Source: Chara braunii (lineage: Eukaryota; Plantae; Charophyceae). From it: DNA of 64,000 nucleotides. The stretch is taken from assembly GCA_003427395.1 (NCBI GenBank), contig BFEA01000032.1:3155454-3219453 (forward strand), written 5' to 3'. The translations under genes were made by a program, and so were the position numbers. The notes under the pieces are model-generated. The model saw nothing but the letters and a program-made list of their open reading frames with translations. It was not told the origin of the DNA and searched no databases. Below are positions 1 through 12,820 of this stretch, piece by piece. The stretch's first letter is position 1. Each line of letters starts with the position of its first letter.

Positions 1-663
1 TTGGGCCGGCGGGAGTATAAGGATTCATGCATCTCACAGTCTGGTTCCGGTACCAAGTCCCAATTTAACCCTGTACTATAGACCCCTCGATAAGCTGCAT
101 CAGAAAGATTCCCGGACGCACCGCTGGCCGTACAAAACGAGGTAGCCAAATTGCAGACTGTGAAACCTATGCTTTTCTGAGTTTTTGCCACTGTTCTGTG
201 CTTGCAGGTTTCCTGCTGCCTAAGTCCATGTGTGAGTGTGCAAATTGGTGTGTGTTGAGGCCTACGGGCCTGGTACGAACCCTGTGCCATGCCTGGACTT
301 TTGCAACGTGCAGCTTAGAGGGGAAAGTAGGCAGCAGCCAAAATCAAGTAGCAGCTGGCAGCAGGCAGAAAAGGAGAACAAGGTAGTACTTTTGGGGTAG
401 GACGAAGTAATGTCTAGAAGTCTGGTAGGTCTGGGGGTGGGTACCGGCCTGAAAGTGCCAAAGTCTAGGGTCTGGAGGGGAGACACCAGACTGCAATGAC
501 GTTCCTGCCAAAAAGGAAGGGAACTGGTAGGCCCTGGAGCCCGCCACTGTTATCTAGAGTGAAAGCAGCCCCAAATACAGGAATGACGATGGGAAAAGAT
601 GGTAGTAGGCTACTAGTTATGGTTGTATGATTGGAATCGTGGTAGATTTTTTATTTTATTTTC

Positions 664-750
664 TTTGGGACCATTTCTCGGTTTCTTGCGTGTCATCCTT
701 GCACAGGGGCCATGCTAATCCTCTCTGTATCTTTCCAATTTTAATGGACA
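664..750 (-). pseudogene. U6: U6 snRNA retrocopy, lacking the 5' stem-loop, with A-rich tail (647-662) and candidate TSD
   Basis: Minus strand reads TAAAATTGGAAAGATACAGAGAGGATTAGCATGGCCCCTGTGCAAGGATGACACGCAAGAAACCGAGAAATGGTCCCAAA, matching plant U6 (ACAGAGA box, AGC triad, internal stem-loop). It is followed by GAAAATAAAATAAAAAA and flanked by GTAGATTTT (642-650) and GTAGAATTT (751-759). Confidence 0.9.
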
Positions 751-759
751 GTAGAATTT

Positions 760-860
760 GTCCTCCAGTACATCCACTGGAATTGGAACACTACAGAGAA
801 GATTACTGTGCGGCAGTGTGGCCCCTGTGCAACAGGCATAAATCGAGAAATGGTTGAAAT
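760..860 (+). pseudogene. U6: Degenerate near-full-length U6 snRNA copy
   Basis: GTCCTCCAGTACATCC..AATTGGAACACTACAGAGAAGATTA[~10-nt insertion]GTGTGGCCCCTGTGCAA[short deletion]GCATAAATCGAGAAATGG aligns end to end with plant U6. Confidence 0.85.
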
Positions 861-1243
861 AATGAAATTGTTTATTAAGAAAAGAACTTCGTCATTTTTT
901 TTATTTGTGCAAAAAGGAGTGAGTGACTCGTGGTGAAGTCCATACTCAGGACCGTCAGAGACCATCAGAGTTTTGGCGAACCTCCATCAAAGACTCAGAA
1001 TTTTCATGAATATTCATGGATGACTGACATTCTCCTCACCTCCCCATCAGTCAGTTGGAGAAAGCCAACCAAATACTTGCTGGCTGGACTCCGTCTTTTC
1101 ACCCACATCTTTCATCTGCTCTTCCGTTTTACGCTCAACTTAAGTGATGTTGTGATCCTGGCCTATTTCAAAGTACACCATCAGAAAGTACAATGCCGTC
1201 CAATTGCAAAAAGAAATGAATGAACTTGAGAGGAGAGAGAGGG

Positions 1244-1378
1244 AAAGAAGAAGAAGAAGAAAGAAAGAAGAAGAAGAAAGAAAGAAGAAGAAGAAAGAAA
1301 GAAGAAGAAGAAGAAGAAGAAAGAAAGAAGAAGAAGAAAGAAAGAAGAAGAAGAAGAAGAAAGAAAGAAGAAGAAGAT
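1244..1378. repeat. (GAA)n/(GAAA) compound microsatellite
   Basis: Directly visible; it explains the poly-E/K/R and poly-F/S/L ORFs here. Confidence 0.97.
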
Positions 1379-1465
1379 GATGTACACCAGCATAGACCAA
1401 TGATAATGCTCTTCTTCTTCGCCAACCACTCTTCCTCATACAAGAAATAATAATATTAATGTTGA

Positions 1466-2460
1466 ATGGCTGAACCAGAATCAATGCCCAAATCCCTCTT
1501 CTACTGCAGGTATCACATGAGGTCCACCATAGCCATGGCCACCCTTCTTCCTCCCTCCTCCAAGGCCAAGGCTATGGAGGACTACCAGGGCATCGCACTG
1601 CTGTGCAAAGGACAACACAAAGCAGCTATGGCTGCTCTATCTCAGGCCGCCATGCCTGACTTTGCCTCGAAGCTTCTTGGTGTAGCTCTTGTCTTCCTGC
1701 TGCAGCGCCCACCAAGGTGATGAACATTGCAACCACCATAGCCAGGTAAGTACCTCTGGCGCTCCCCCTTCCTAGTCCTGGTCTTCTTCCTCCTCCTGCT
1801 CTTTCCCCAGCAGCGCAGCTCTGCTAGCGCTGCTCCAGCCAGCGCTCCAACCAGTGTGTCGCCAAACTTGCAAGGGGGGTAGTGTAATGACCTGCCAAAC
1901 AAGGACTGAGACACACAGCTGATTTCTGAGTTTTGCTCATGGAACGTATGCATTGCTGAGTTTCCCGCTTGTTGCTGAGTTTTCTAAGTCTGTGTGGGTG
2001 CGTGCTTGCTGGTCTGCATGCCTGTCGGAGTGCTTGTCGGCTTGTGTGTGTGACCCGCAAGGGCACTTGGTTTTTCGGGAGGTACTTTCCTGTGGACATG
2101 ACATTGAAGGTTGCAGCGGGGAAAACACTCAAGTGGCGGGGAAAGAGGCCCGCAACAGCAGCGGAAAACACTGAAGTAGCAGGTATGCCGGTACAACACC
2201 AAGTAGAGGTAGATGTGCCGGGTACTCTAGGCCGAGTAGAAGAAGACAAAAGTTGGCGTTTTTAGAGGCCCAGTAGTTGTAGGCTAGGTCTAGGTGGGTA
2301 CCAGTCCAACCAGTCTGAGTCTAGGGCCTGTACGGGCAATATCAGCGTCAGCAATGATGTTTCCCTCCGAAAGGGAGGAGGTACCGGTTGCTTGGAGGCC
2401 GCGCGGCCTAGGAAGTCACTCACCAAGAGGCAAGCAGGCTGCTATAGAGCGAGGTCCCTT
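1466..2460. mobile_element. Probable LTR-derived remnant
   Basis: Shares motifs (TTCTGAGTTT, GGTGGGTACC, GTCTAGG, GAAAGGGA..GGTACCGGT) with 170-545 and with the LTR at 62122-63443. No boundaries resolved. Confidence 0.4.
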
Positions 2461-2586
2461 CAAGCGAGTAACTCATTCCGAGTCCCCAACGAACGCATCA
2501 GAAGTGGACATAGCAAAGAGATTTCGTAAGAACTCAGTAGCAGTGAGTTTTGCAAAGACTTTTGGTACAACATTAGAGGCTATTTA

Positions 2587-3900
2587 TTACTCGTATGCTT
2601 TAACAACGCGAGGTGCGCTGCGCAGCAGTTCCTTCTTTGAGATCCAATAGAGATCGTCTAACGGGTGATACATGAAGTGAATCTGATACTGTCTGTTACG
2701 TCCCTTCCCTATGTGTTTTGATTCTACCGATCTCGTGACTGCAATTGATTGCACAAGGAATCGTGCCTTCACGATAGTCCAAGGACTCCGCATCACGATA
2801 CATAAACAACTTTAATGCATGGAAGACTGGGTACGTGCGCAGATGAGGAGGCACGACAATTACATATGAAGGACCGAACACGTCATTACCAATCACGTCC
2901 AGAACTTCCCGCGGACCATAATAGAGAGGGAGAAGTTTGTGTGACACCCCCTCTTCTTCCAAAAATTCAGACATCTTGACCCCGACATAACTTCCCACTT
3001 TAATAGTCGAAGGTTGGCGTTTTTTATTCGCATGATGGATCATGGTGTGTTGTCGCTTGGTCATAGCTGCAATGGCAACCTTGAGCAAGCGATCATACTT
3101 GGCGCTGAAGCCAGGTCTGCCAGGCGTTAGACCAGCCAGCTGTTCGGGGAATAAGTAGGAGAGCGGATTACGAATCTGCCAGCCGTAATGCAGCCTGTTT
3201 GGCGTCATGCCGGTGAAAGAATGGATGGCGTTGTTGTACAACCCTTTGAGTCAATACAACTCTTCATCCCACGTTTCCTGATCCGGAATGATTGAAGCAC
3301 GAAGAAGTTGAAACACGGTCTGGTTAATCTCCTCAACCAAACCGTTGGCTTGGGGATGTCGACCAGATGTCATGCTTAGTTTGAGGCCAGGGAGTTGGGA
3401 CGTGAAGTCCTTTCATTTAGTACTTGTGAAGCATGGGTCCCAATCACTCACAAGGGTTTTTGGGGTCCCGAACTGCAAAATGTACTTCTGGTGAAACTCA
3501 CGGATCACAAGTTCAGTTGGGGCATGAGGTGGCAATGGAATCAGATTTAGGAATTTGGAAAAACAATCAACAATTACCATCACTTGCAAATAATCATTCT
3601 TACTTGTCATTCTCATGTCCATGAAGTCGATAGAGACGGACTCTCCGGGACCGTTGGGAATGGGAAGGGGTTTAAGCAGCCCCATGGGGTTTTGTCTTGA
3701 TGGTTTGATTCGTTGACAGACTTGGACACTCAGCCATAAATTTTTCAGCAGATCCTTTCATACCAAACAAATCAAACTGTTGTAATAGGTTTTCGTAAGT
3801 CTTTGTCATGCCGAAGTGTCCACTACGACCTTTAGCCAAATCCAAGAAGTGTGTGTGGAGAGGCTCATGGTTGGGTACACACAAACAGTCATCCTTTCCA
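2587..3900 (-). pseudogene. Gypsy integrase (HHCC remnant, DDE core, GPY/F motif) plus chromodomain
   Basis: GHFGMTKTY; SVSIDFM; IVDCFSK; LVSDWDPCF; YNNAIHSFTGMTP; KLLPLYYGPREV; then GKGRNRQYQIHFMYHPLDDLYWISKKELL (chromodomain-like). Confidence 0.88.
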
Positions 3901-4089
3901 TAGCGTTGAAAACAAGTCCTTCACATTCGTGAAAATCAGGCTGACTGTTGGGGTCAGCCCACAGCTGCTCAAGGAACGGACTAAGGTCCAGGTCCCTGGC
4001 AATTCGCTCCACGAACTCCTCCTTCAGTTTCTTCCGGAGGTCGTAGGAGTTCACAAGGCAAGTCATATATCCGGGGTGGTGAGACAATG

Positions 4090-5258
4090 CATCAGCAACT
4101 CGATTATAACAACCCTTTTTGTGTTTTAATTCAAAATAAAAATGTAAATCTCATGAAACCAGCGAGTCAACGTATGGGACAAGGTGGTTTGCTCCTTCAT
4201 CCATTTCAAGGTCTCATGATCTGAGAAGACTTTGAAAAGGCGTCCCAAAAGATGGTGCTTCCAATGATTCAATGCCTCGTGCAGAGCATAGAGCTCGCGC
4301 ATGTAGATGGAAGTAACTGTCTTTTCGTTGGGCATGCGTTTGCTGTAGTGCGAGCGGCCGCAAGCCATCACCGTCATCTTGTTGCAGCACTGCGCCAGTC
4401 TCATACTGGCTCGCATCCGTAGTTACTATGAATGTGAGTTTGGAATCTGCAATGCGAAGTACAGGGTAACATACCAAGGTTTCTTTCAAGGCTTGAAAAG
4501 CGGTCTCGCATGTTGCATCCCACGTGTAAGATACGTTTTTGCTTGTTAGTTTGGACAACGGGCGAGCAACAACAAAAAATTGGGGCACGAGCTCTCGATA
4601 GTATGATGCAAAACCAAGGAAAGAACGCAATTCGCAAACGTTCGTCGGTTGGGGCCACTTGCGTATGACCTCAACCACGGTTGCCTCAGGCTCACTACCT
4701 GCAGCAGATAACCGGTGCCCAAGATAGATGACGCTGTCCCTCCTAAACTCAGATTTCTCTAAGTTGAGATGGAGTTGCATTTTCTTGAGGATGGTGAACA
4801 CTTCCTCAAGGTGCTTCATATGTTCTGCAATTGATCTTCTGAAAAATCAGAATGTCATCATACACAACCACAAACCGACCAATATGTTCGCAAAGGACCT
4901 TGTCCATAAAACTTTGAAAGGTGGCCGGTGCGTTCGTGAGACCGAAGGGTTTTACGATAAATTCGTAAAGCCCATCGTGTATCTTGAACGCAGTCTTGTG
5001 CTGGTCCGCAGGATCGACTTCAATCTGGTGGTACCCAGACTTTAGATCGATCTTCGAGAAGACATTGCACACACTTGCAGCATCAAGCAAATCATCTATG
5101 CGTGACAATGGGTATGCATTCTTCCTTGTGATGCGGTTTAGACCTTTGTAATCAATACACGTTCGAAGTTTGCCTCCTTTCTTTGGGACGAACAAAACGG
5201 GTGCACCAAATTCAGATTCGCTAGGCTTAATCCATCCCTTGTCGATCATCTCATCGAT
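4090..5258 (-). pseudogene. Gypsy reverse transcriptase and RNase H, frameshifted
   Basis: FGAPVLFVPKKGGKLRTCIDYKGLN; FSKIDLKSGYHQI; PFGLTNAPATFQ; VVYDDILIF; LRSFLGFASYYR; VTTDASQY; RELYAL; FSDHETL. Confidence 0.95.
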
Positions 5259-6995
5259 TTTTTTTATTTTTTATTTTTTTCAAACAGCTTCATCTATTGG
5301 TGGGGTGCGTTACCTGCTGGAAACCGGGTCCAGCGTCCCTTGAATACATCTTTACAATCTTTCCATTAAAGAGACACCACTGTGCTGGAAAACGGGTCCA
5401 GCGTCCCATATTAAAACTATAACCCCCTTCCTAGTCTGTGGCCAGGTCGGGTAAAAGGTGGAAGGCCACTGGGGGGCACCAATGGAGTTTCCCACCTTCA
5501 CCCGGCCTCAGCCTACCCTCTACTTCCCTCGTGGCGTCTATTGTATTCTATTATATTCTGAGAATCATGTGCAATGTCATAAAATGGGATACTCTCTTTT
5601 CTGCTGGAAAGCGGGTCCATCGTCCCTTAAAAAAAACTTTTCAGAATGGAAATGACGCCACAGTGCTGGAACCCGGGTCCAGGAAATAATCAGGATGGGA
5701 ACGGTACCACCAGAGCCAAAGGGTGAGGGGGAAAAGGGTTTGCGAAGTCCTGAGCAGGCCGCAACGGGATGGTGGGATCAATCTTTATCCATTCGCGAAA
5801 GTGAAGTTGATAATCCCTTGTAACCCCTGCCTGTTGTCCCCCCTGTGCCTGTCCAACCTCTGTCCAAGTTACCCTTGCTACCCAACCTTCCCTCCTCCCG
5901 CCCAACCAATCCTCACAGCTGCCTTAGATTTTCCTTAACCTTCCCCCACTGGGCCGCAATCTCGTGTTGAACCAAAAGTCTTAGTTGCTCCGTGGTTTCC
6001 CCCTCTTCTACCTCAACCCCTTCCATTTCCAGGATACATCTTCTTCACCATATTACCCATAGAACAGCCTGCCTTCCCAGGCAGAACATATTTTTTGTGA
6101 ATGTATTCCCTCAGATCAGGGGAAAGTGTCCCAGAAGTACAACCCTCCATTCCTATGGCCAAGTCAAGCCCGGTATCAAGTGTCGCCAGATTCTGTCCCA
6201 CCACCTCCGCAGTAGGATAGTCGTTGGACACTGGAGGAAGATGTGCTCTATCGTCTCGGCGCATTTTTTACTGGGGTAGCCTTGGAGGCATTTACGACAT
6301 CACACCAGTGCTCGCCCTTGCTGTTCCAACTGGGAGTGATCTATTAGCCAGTCGTTAGTTGGTAAACACCGGTGTGCGATCTGCCATTGTAGGGCGGAGA
6401 TTTTTGTCGGCCTCCTCTTTCCATAATCCGCGAACCACCTTATGGGTTTTAGCAAGCCGCGATCCACGTTGAGATGGCGATACCATCTATCCTCTACAAT
6501 ATCTCACAGCCTACGTTTATGTCTGAGCATTCGGTATACTGACTTAGATTTTAAGTCAGCAAGTGTTATTGTCCGTGCCCTTCCTCCCCTACCTGAATTT
6601 CTAGAGTTTCTTGGATCATTCCAAGACCATTGCCACTCCTCGGGATCGAAAGGGAGATCCTCAATCGGGGTTTTGAATCGATAGGCTCTCCATCCTTTAC
6701 ATTCGTGAATAACTCTGACACGATATACTTCCTTTCTTTCCTTCCAGATAAAAGGTTGGCTACTCCCTCGTAGTTGATCCTCCTTTTGGATGGTGAAGAC
6801 TTCGAGCAGCACTTGCATTTGGTCTACCAAGTGAACCTGCCCTACTTGATTTTCGCAATTGGAGAAACCCACTCAGTCCCCTTCTACCAACCGAGGGCCC
6901 TTCCGGAGCATGATGTACCAGTGAAGGGGAAAACTTTCAATGAGGTCGTTAAGTGCGTCCTTAGTGAAATGACAGTATCGCAACCATGAACGCAT

Positions 6996-8940
6996 TCATC
7001 CTGCGCTTTTCCAGTCCTTTGTATCCGTGTCCCAAAGGTCCCCCACCCTCCTGACCCCGTGTTTCACCCAACCTTTCCATGGAGAATCTGAGCTACACCT
7101 CATTCGACCGAAAGAATCAGTGATCAATCTATTACCAAACAGGGTTTGTCTGAAAATTTCCTCCCACCTATTTGGTGTTGGGCGATCAGGAGGGGGAATC
7201 TTTCTCCATACCCATAAAAGGCGCAGCCATTGTTCATTTGCGGGGTCCCCATTTCTGTATTTCCTCGATAGCTTCCAACTCTTGTTTTCGAGCCACACTA
7301 GAGGGTCGGTCTCAGATGGGGCCTCGGGGGCTAAGGCTGCAATTTGTGCCAAGGCGAGAGGGACCCAGGGCGAGGATGATGAGAAGATGAGATGTCGGAG
7401 CCAACGAAAGTGAAGTGCTTGGAACTGTGTAGACGGATCCACAATTCCAAGCCCCCCTCCGGCCTTAGGCTGAATTATCGAATCCCATGCTACTCGACTA
7501 ATCGCATGGGGTTGTTGCTATCCCCTCTCCATAAAAAGGACGCCAGTTGTCGTTTAAAAGACTTGAGGCCCCTGGTGCTCATGGACCATAGTATGGCTTT
7601 ATACCCGAGTGTGGCTAATACTACGTTGTTAATGACCAAAGCCCGCCCGAATATAGAAGTGTCTTTACTGTTCCACCCTGCGAGCTTATTGTGAGCCGGC
7701 CCCACCAGCCATTCATCATTAATGACGGGTTTACCCTTAGCCGTAACCAATGCTCCATAATTCTAAGCGGGTCATCTAGGGGAAGCCAAGTAATACGGGG
7801 GCTCTCAAGGGGCCTACCTCCTTGATGATGTAGCCACCAACCTACCGTTTTTTTACCCCAATTGACAGTCATATCTGACAATATACAAAACCTATTCATA
7901 AGACACTGAATTTCCTCCATATTCTGTAATGTCGCCTCAACCATAATAGTGAGATCGTCAGCAAATAGGGAACAGATCGGCACTGCGTCCTCAAGTATAT
8001 TCGTTATCTTAATCCGAGTCAGATCCTTATTGTGCGTGAGATTAGCAGAAAGTGTCTCCATAATGGAGGAGTCACTGACCCATTAACTTGTACACAGGTG
8101 GTGGCATTGTTGTGAAGAATCTTTACCCATCGTCTAAAGATAGGTCCAAAGTTCATTTTTTCTAGGCATTTGTCCAAGAAGAGCCAGTCGACGTGGTCAT
8201 AGGCTTTCTCGAAATCAATAAAAATGATGGCCACATTTGTCCGACTCCTTCGTGCCAGTTTAACTACTTCATTCACCAGAAGGATGTTCTCTTGTATATT
8301 CCTACTAGCCATAAAGCTTATCTGCGTTGGGTGTATAACATCTTCCAAGATCGATGCCATACGATTTGCCATGGCTTTCGAAAACATTTTATAGACTACT
8401 GTAAGAAGGGTGATAGGTCGATAATTCCTGATATTCATTTTATCCCTTTTTTGTATAGCAACGACAGTACCCCTTTCCCTACTATTTCCCCCATCTCCCC
8501 AACCTCCCATACCTCCTTGTAGTAGCCCACAGGTCCGCGCTTAAGTCCGTCCACATCGCCTCCCAAAACTCTTTAGGGAAACCGTCAATACCCGGGATTT
8601 TTTCCTCCTTCATCTCGAGAAGCGCAGCCCATATTTCATCTTTAGTCATAGTCTCCTCCAATCGGTCACATTGTTGTAGGGAAAGGCGTCTGTCCATGGG
8701 AAGTAAGAATTCTTCAAGTTCTCTTTCCCATACTTCCCCCAGCAGAGTTGGGATTTGGGAGGTGAACAATTGTTTGAAGAAATTCCTCGTGATTAATGTG
8801 CAATGGGCGGTATCGGTTGCAATAACCTTCTCCCTACTGGCTGGTTCAAAGAGTGCCTCCATTACAGTTCTTCGCGCGCGGGTCGTAGCCATCACGAAGA
8901 AACGAGTGTCCATTGTGGCTTCCTGAGTAAACTTGGCCAT
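6996..8940 (-). pseudogene. LINE ORF2 reverse transcriptase and downstream region, frameshifted
   Basis: KIPGIDGFP.EF; NYRPITLL; FIDFEKAYD; SLFADD. The GxRQG motif is missing, apparently lost to a deletion near 8060. Confidence 0.93.
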
Positions 8941-9103
8941 TTTCTCACAGATTTGGATTCCCTGCCATCTATGATGTGCGTATGTTAGGAGTTGATCTTT
9001 AACTCTCTGAATGGAGATGGTGAGATGTTGTGAATCTTCCTGTTGTTCCAGGGCTAGTAATTCGTTATGAATACTCGATTCTTGCTGATAGCGCTGAGCG
9101 GCT

Positions 9104-10060
9104 CTAAACCTTAAAGAATTCCTTACACTTTTTAGCCAGAAAAATTAACCCGTTATTAAACCATGTGGAGACTGAGTCAAAGAAATGCTTTTGATGGCGC
9201 CAAAATTGCCATTCGAGTCCAATCATTTGCTTAAATGGGTCGTCCCTTAAGAGGGAAGTATTAAATTTGTAAAACCCCGGCCCTTGATCCGGCCTTTTCC
9301 TCATTGTTAAAATAAGCCCGCATGTCTTATGATCTAGACCTGGGAACGGGCTTCGTGGAAGGATAGATGACCAGCGCAGTGCCCCCTCCAAGTCATTAGA
9401 AAGAAAGATAAGATCGATTCGTGATTTGGATAAGCGCGTCGGGTTGCTGTCGCTTATACATGTAAAAGATCGGTCCTGTGGGTGCAACCGGCGAAAGGTG
9501 TCAACGACTGAGAGGGTTTCACAAAATTCTGATATCATCTGCTCATCCTCAACTGCAACAAAAGGGAGAGTCTCTTGGGCATACCATCTATCCAGTCTTT
9601 TATCTGGAGTGGCGTTGAAATCACCCGCTACAATCAGAGGGAAGCCCTTGGGGACTTGTGCTCCTAGATTGCCTAAGAAGGCCCTTCGTTCACTGACTGT
9701 CATGGGTGAGTAGATGCAGAGGATACAAAGTAACTCCAATTCGAGCATACCTAATACAGAGGCCCACCGCCCCTCTTCCTCGTCTACCGCCCAGTGAACT
9801 AACTGGAATCTAGAATCTGGGGGGATCCAGATCGCTACTCCTGCTGATCCCGGCCTAGGGGAATGAGCCCTCACAGCCGAGTGCGGCCTGACCATCTTAT
9901 GAGCCCTATTACGCTTCAGGCTGTCTTGCAAGTGGGTCTCTTGTACACAGATCACATATGGCCATCTCTTTCCCCCAACCCCTCTAAGTTGATCCCAAAT
10001 GGCATGGTGCTTCTCAAGCTTACTGGATGCCAGACATTAACATTAATGGAACGCAAATCC
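9104..10060 (-). pseudogene. LINE ORF2 AP-like endonuclease domain
   Basis: SINVN; ICVQETHL; SAGVAI; CIYSP; IVAGDFNA; SRIDLIF; DHK; GPGFYKFNTSLL. Confidence 0.95.
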
Positions 10061-11468
10061 AAGTCTGTTGTTTTGACGCATTGCTGCCAAGCGGGATTTC
10101 TGCAGTATAGTACATCTAAATCCGGGTACGACAGATTCATGGCAACAGGTTCAAAGGGGGTGCCATTGTTTGACGTCCCATCTCTCAAGACATAGGACTT
10201 TTGTCAGTACTATTATGCACAAACATTTGCATACATGCGACTAAAACCCGCTGGCCTTAATTTTGGCGCATTGTAAATCTAGTAGGGCATTGTGGCTATA
10301 CCAGCGTAAGTCAACTGTCTTGTTGGAGTCAAAAAGCAAGTAGAGATCGTTCTTAGCCATCTGCTGGTCGCAGGCTTCGAATCTCATGCCTGCTCCCGCC
10401 CCAGGTGCATAGTGCTTGGGAATAAATGCTCGCATTTGGTTCGTGAAGATCTTACCCTTTTCCTTATCCTCTTGGCCCGAGAGCTCCCAGCCTTGTAGGG
10501 TAACACCCCCATGTTCTCCTACTGAGGAAAGACCAATTTCCCATTTCCCTTCGATTTTTCTCATGGGGATCACAAGCACACCATTCGTCCTGGACAGTGG
10601 TCGTGAGGTCATCCCGTCCTCCGCTATTTCCCCCGATTCCCCTTTCCCCTTTTTCTCAAGTTGCGTATGTTGTGCCTCTGTTTGGGGGGGAGGGTCCTAT
10701 TCCTGTCCTTGATCGGGTGTTTGCGACTTGGGAGGGTCGGGGGCGGGGGAGGGGGGGCGAAAGCGACTGTTTTCAAAGTTCCTCCAAATCGTCGGATCCC
10801 ATACGGTATACACATCGCTTTGGAGGAACAACGCCTTCAACCAACTCAATCATGTGTCGGACCGATCGCGTGGGGACTCCACGGGGTTCGACCATAACTT
10901 TGGAAATCGGTCGAGAAGGCTTTGGATGCTTGTTGGGATCGGTGGAGGTGGGGGATCAGAAAAAGGATCACCTAGATCAGGTCGCAAGTTACTAGTGAAG
11001 GCAACCAAATCTGAAGGACTCATTTGGAATAGAAGTAGGTGTAAGGATAGCAGTAGATTTATCATTCAAAGTATAATTATTACCGGCCACAAAAGTAGAA
11101 GGTACATGAGTAGGACGAACAAAGGCAACATACAACTGTTCATCCTCCTTATGCCTGCGCCACTTCTTACAGAACTGCATGACATTAAGAAAAGCCACCG
11201 GGGAGTCGATCTTCTCATCCAAGAGGACGGGACGTTCGTTCCCTTGCGCATCTTTGACCATAAAAAGAAGTTCCTTTCACTTGGTCCATTCGCATTGGGA
11301 CTGCAACCACCCCAACCTGAGGGTTGTGTCAAAGGTACACTTGTTAAGGACATAGAAGTCCAATGCATGTGTGACAGTCTTCTCTTTGTCAAAGGTAGGG
11401 CACACACCTTTCACTGCATGCGTGGATGAGACAACCTCTTTGTTGCCTACTTGAGTCTAGCAAGGGCT

Positions 11469-11801
11469 CTACAAAGCCACTTGCTTCATCCCCAAACCCA
11501 CTTTGCGTATCCCGTGTGGTAACATAAAATTAGTTGTAGCACCACAATCAATCAAGACACGGAGATAGCGGTGGTTAATGAGAAGTTTGAAGAAGATTAA
11601 CTTCGTTGTCCCTTGAGCACGTTGTTGTTTCATCTCAGCCCAATGCTCTAGGTGATAGTGAAAGTCGACCTTCTCTGACTCCTCCCAAGGCTCAACATAC
11701 AAAACATGACATTTATTAGCCTTGGAATCAACAGAAGTTGGGGCTTCAAGGGAGGACTTCTGGTCCGTGATATGTTCCTTGGCAGAACTATCATTGACCA
11801 A
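11469..11801 (-). pseudogene. Gypsy aspartic protease region
   Basis: VLIDCGATTNF catalytic motif, upstream of RT in the same element. Confidence 0.85.
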
Positions 11802-12820
11802 TTAAGACTCCCTTGTTGTAGAGTGTGCCGATGAACCCTCTACACCCGATTCATTTTTCCCTACAACCTAAAGCATCCTTGGACCTTATGATTAATTTTT
11901 TGGCAATGTGGGCAACCTCCTTTCTTTATCTAGCCTTCCATTCAGCCTCACTGATCCAAGGGTCCACCCAAGGTTTAGTACTGCCACCAAAAGAGGAGGA
12001 ACTCCAGACCCTGCACTGCCCCTAGCCACACCCCGCCGGATTGTGTCGTTTGCCCCACCCCAAAGAGATCTCCCCTACACTTCTTCATGTGGCCATTAGA
12101 AGAGAGACATACTCTGTTTCCCCCACACACCCCTCCCACCGCAATCCACACTTGAACTCCTCCATCGAAACACGCACGACCTCCCATCCCACTCTAGCCC
12201 GTCCTCCACCACAACCCCCCCACCCCCACCCCATCCTCTACCCTCACATCTCGTCCCCCGCAGCTCTTCCCTCATCCCCCTGTCCCAACTGCCCCCCACA
12301 CGCACCATAAACCCGGGGACAAAAAAATCTATTATACCAGCACTAATCCTCATCCCCTCAAAATCAAATCCACACCGTGCTCCACCGCCACTAAACCAGT
12401 AACGTCCACATGTAGACGTAGAACAAACCATAATTCTTCACCAGGACCACCAATACACGCTACTATAAAAGAAAAGAGTAAAACGTTATTACGAGAATAA
12501 GGGAAAAAAAAAAGAAAAAAAAAACAAGTAAAGAAAAACAAGCCACGTCAATTAGTCGACACACACGTAGACATATTCGCCATCCCCAAACCCAAAAAAA
12601 AAAAAAAAANTCTTATTCATAAGCTCAGTCGCGTTCGGGATCTGACGTGTCACCATCTGCTTCTTCTTTTTTTCCTCCCACCCTCTTTGTGTGGTTTTGA
12701 CACGTATCTTTGTGAATGTTTGATAAGCTTTGTGATGGAATAGGCCGCTACGGCCGACTCTCACTTCGATTGTGCTACGAATGATGCATGGTTGATGTTT
12801 CGCTTTGCGTACTAACCATA

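Larger units (their letters stand above)
5259..10766 (-). mobile_element. 5'-truncated L1/Tx1-like non-LTR retrotransposon inserted in the Gypsy pol
   Basis: Poly(A) tail at 5259-5280 (T-run on plus). 3' UTR carries repeated stem-loops. CCHC CRKC..ETIEHIFLQC at ~6230-6300, RT and APE domains, and a probable ORF1 remnant at 10241-10612. Confidence 0.92.
2587..12790 (-). mobile_element. Decayed Ty3/Gypsy chromovirus-type LTR retrotransposon (gag-PR-RT-RH-IN-chromodomain), interrupted by a LINE
   Basis: Domain order PR, RT, RH, IN on the minus strand, with a C-terminal chromodomain-like segment. Many stops and frameshifts. The RT N-terminus (..DLEEL*KQ at ~10767) rejoins IDEMIDKGWI at 5258. Confidence 0.9.

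Noticed and set aside
1140-1484. ORFs rich in F/S/L or E/K/R
   Set aside because: Translations of the GAA microsatellite.
5287-5360. Hammerhead or HDV ribozyme in the LINE 3' UTR
   Set aside because: No CTGANGA/GAAA core or convincing nested pseudoknot could be identified by eye.
12331-12350. 5S rRNA-like ATACCAGCACTAAT
   Set aside because: Only 14 nt match, it lies inside the Gypsy gag region, and it does not extend.
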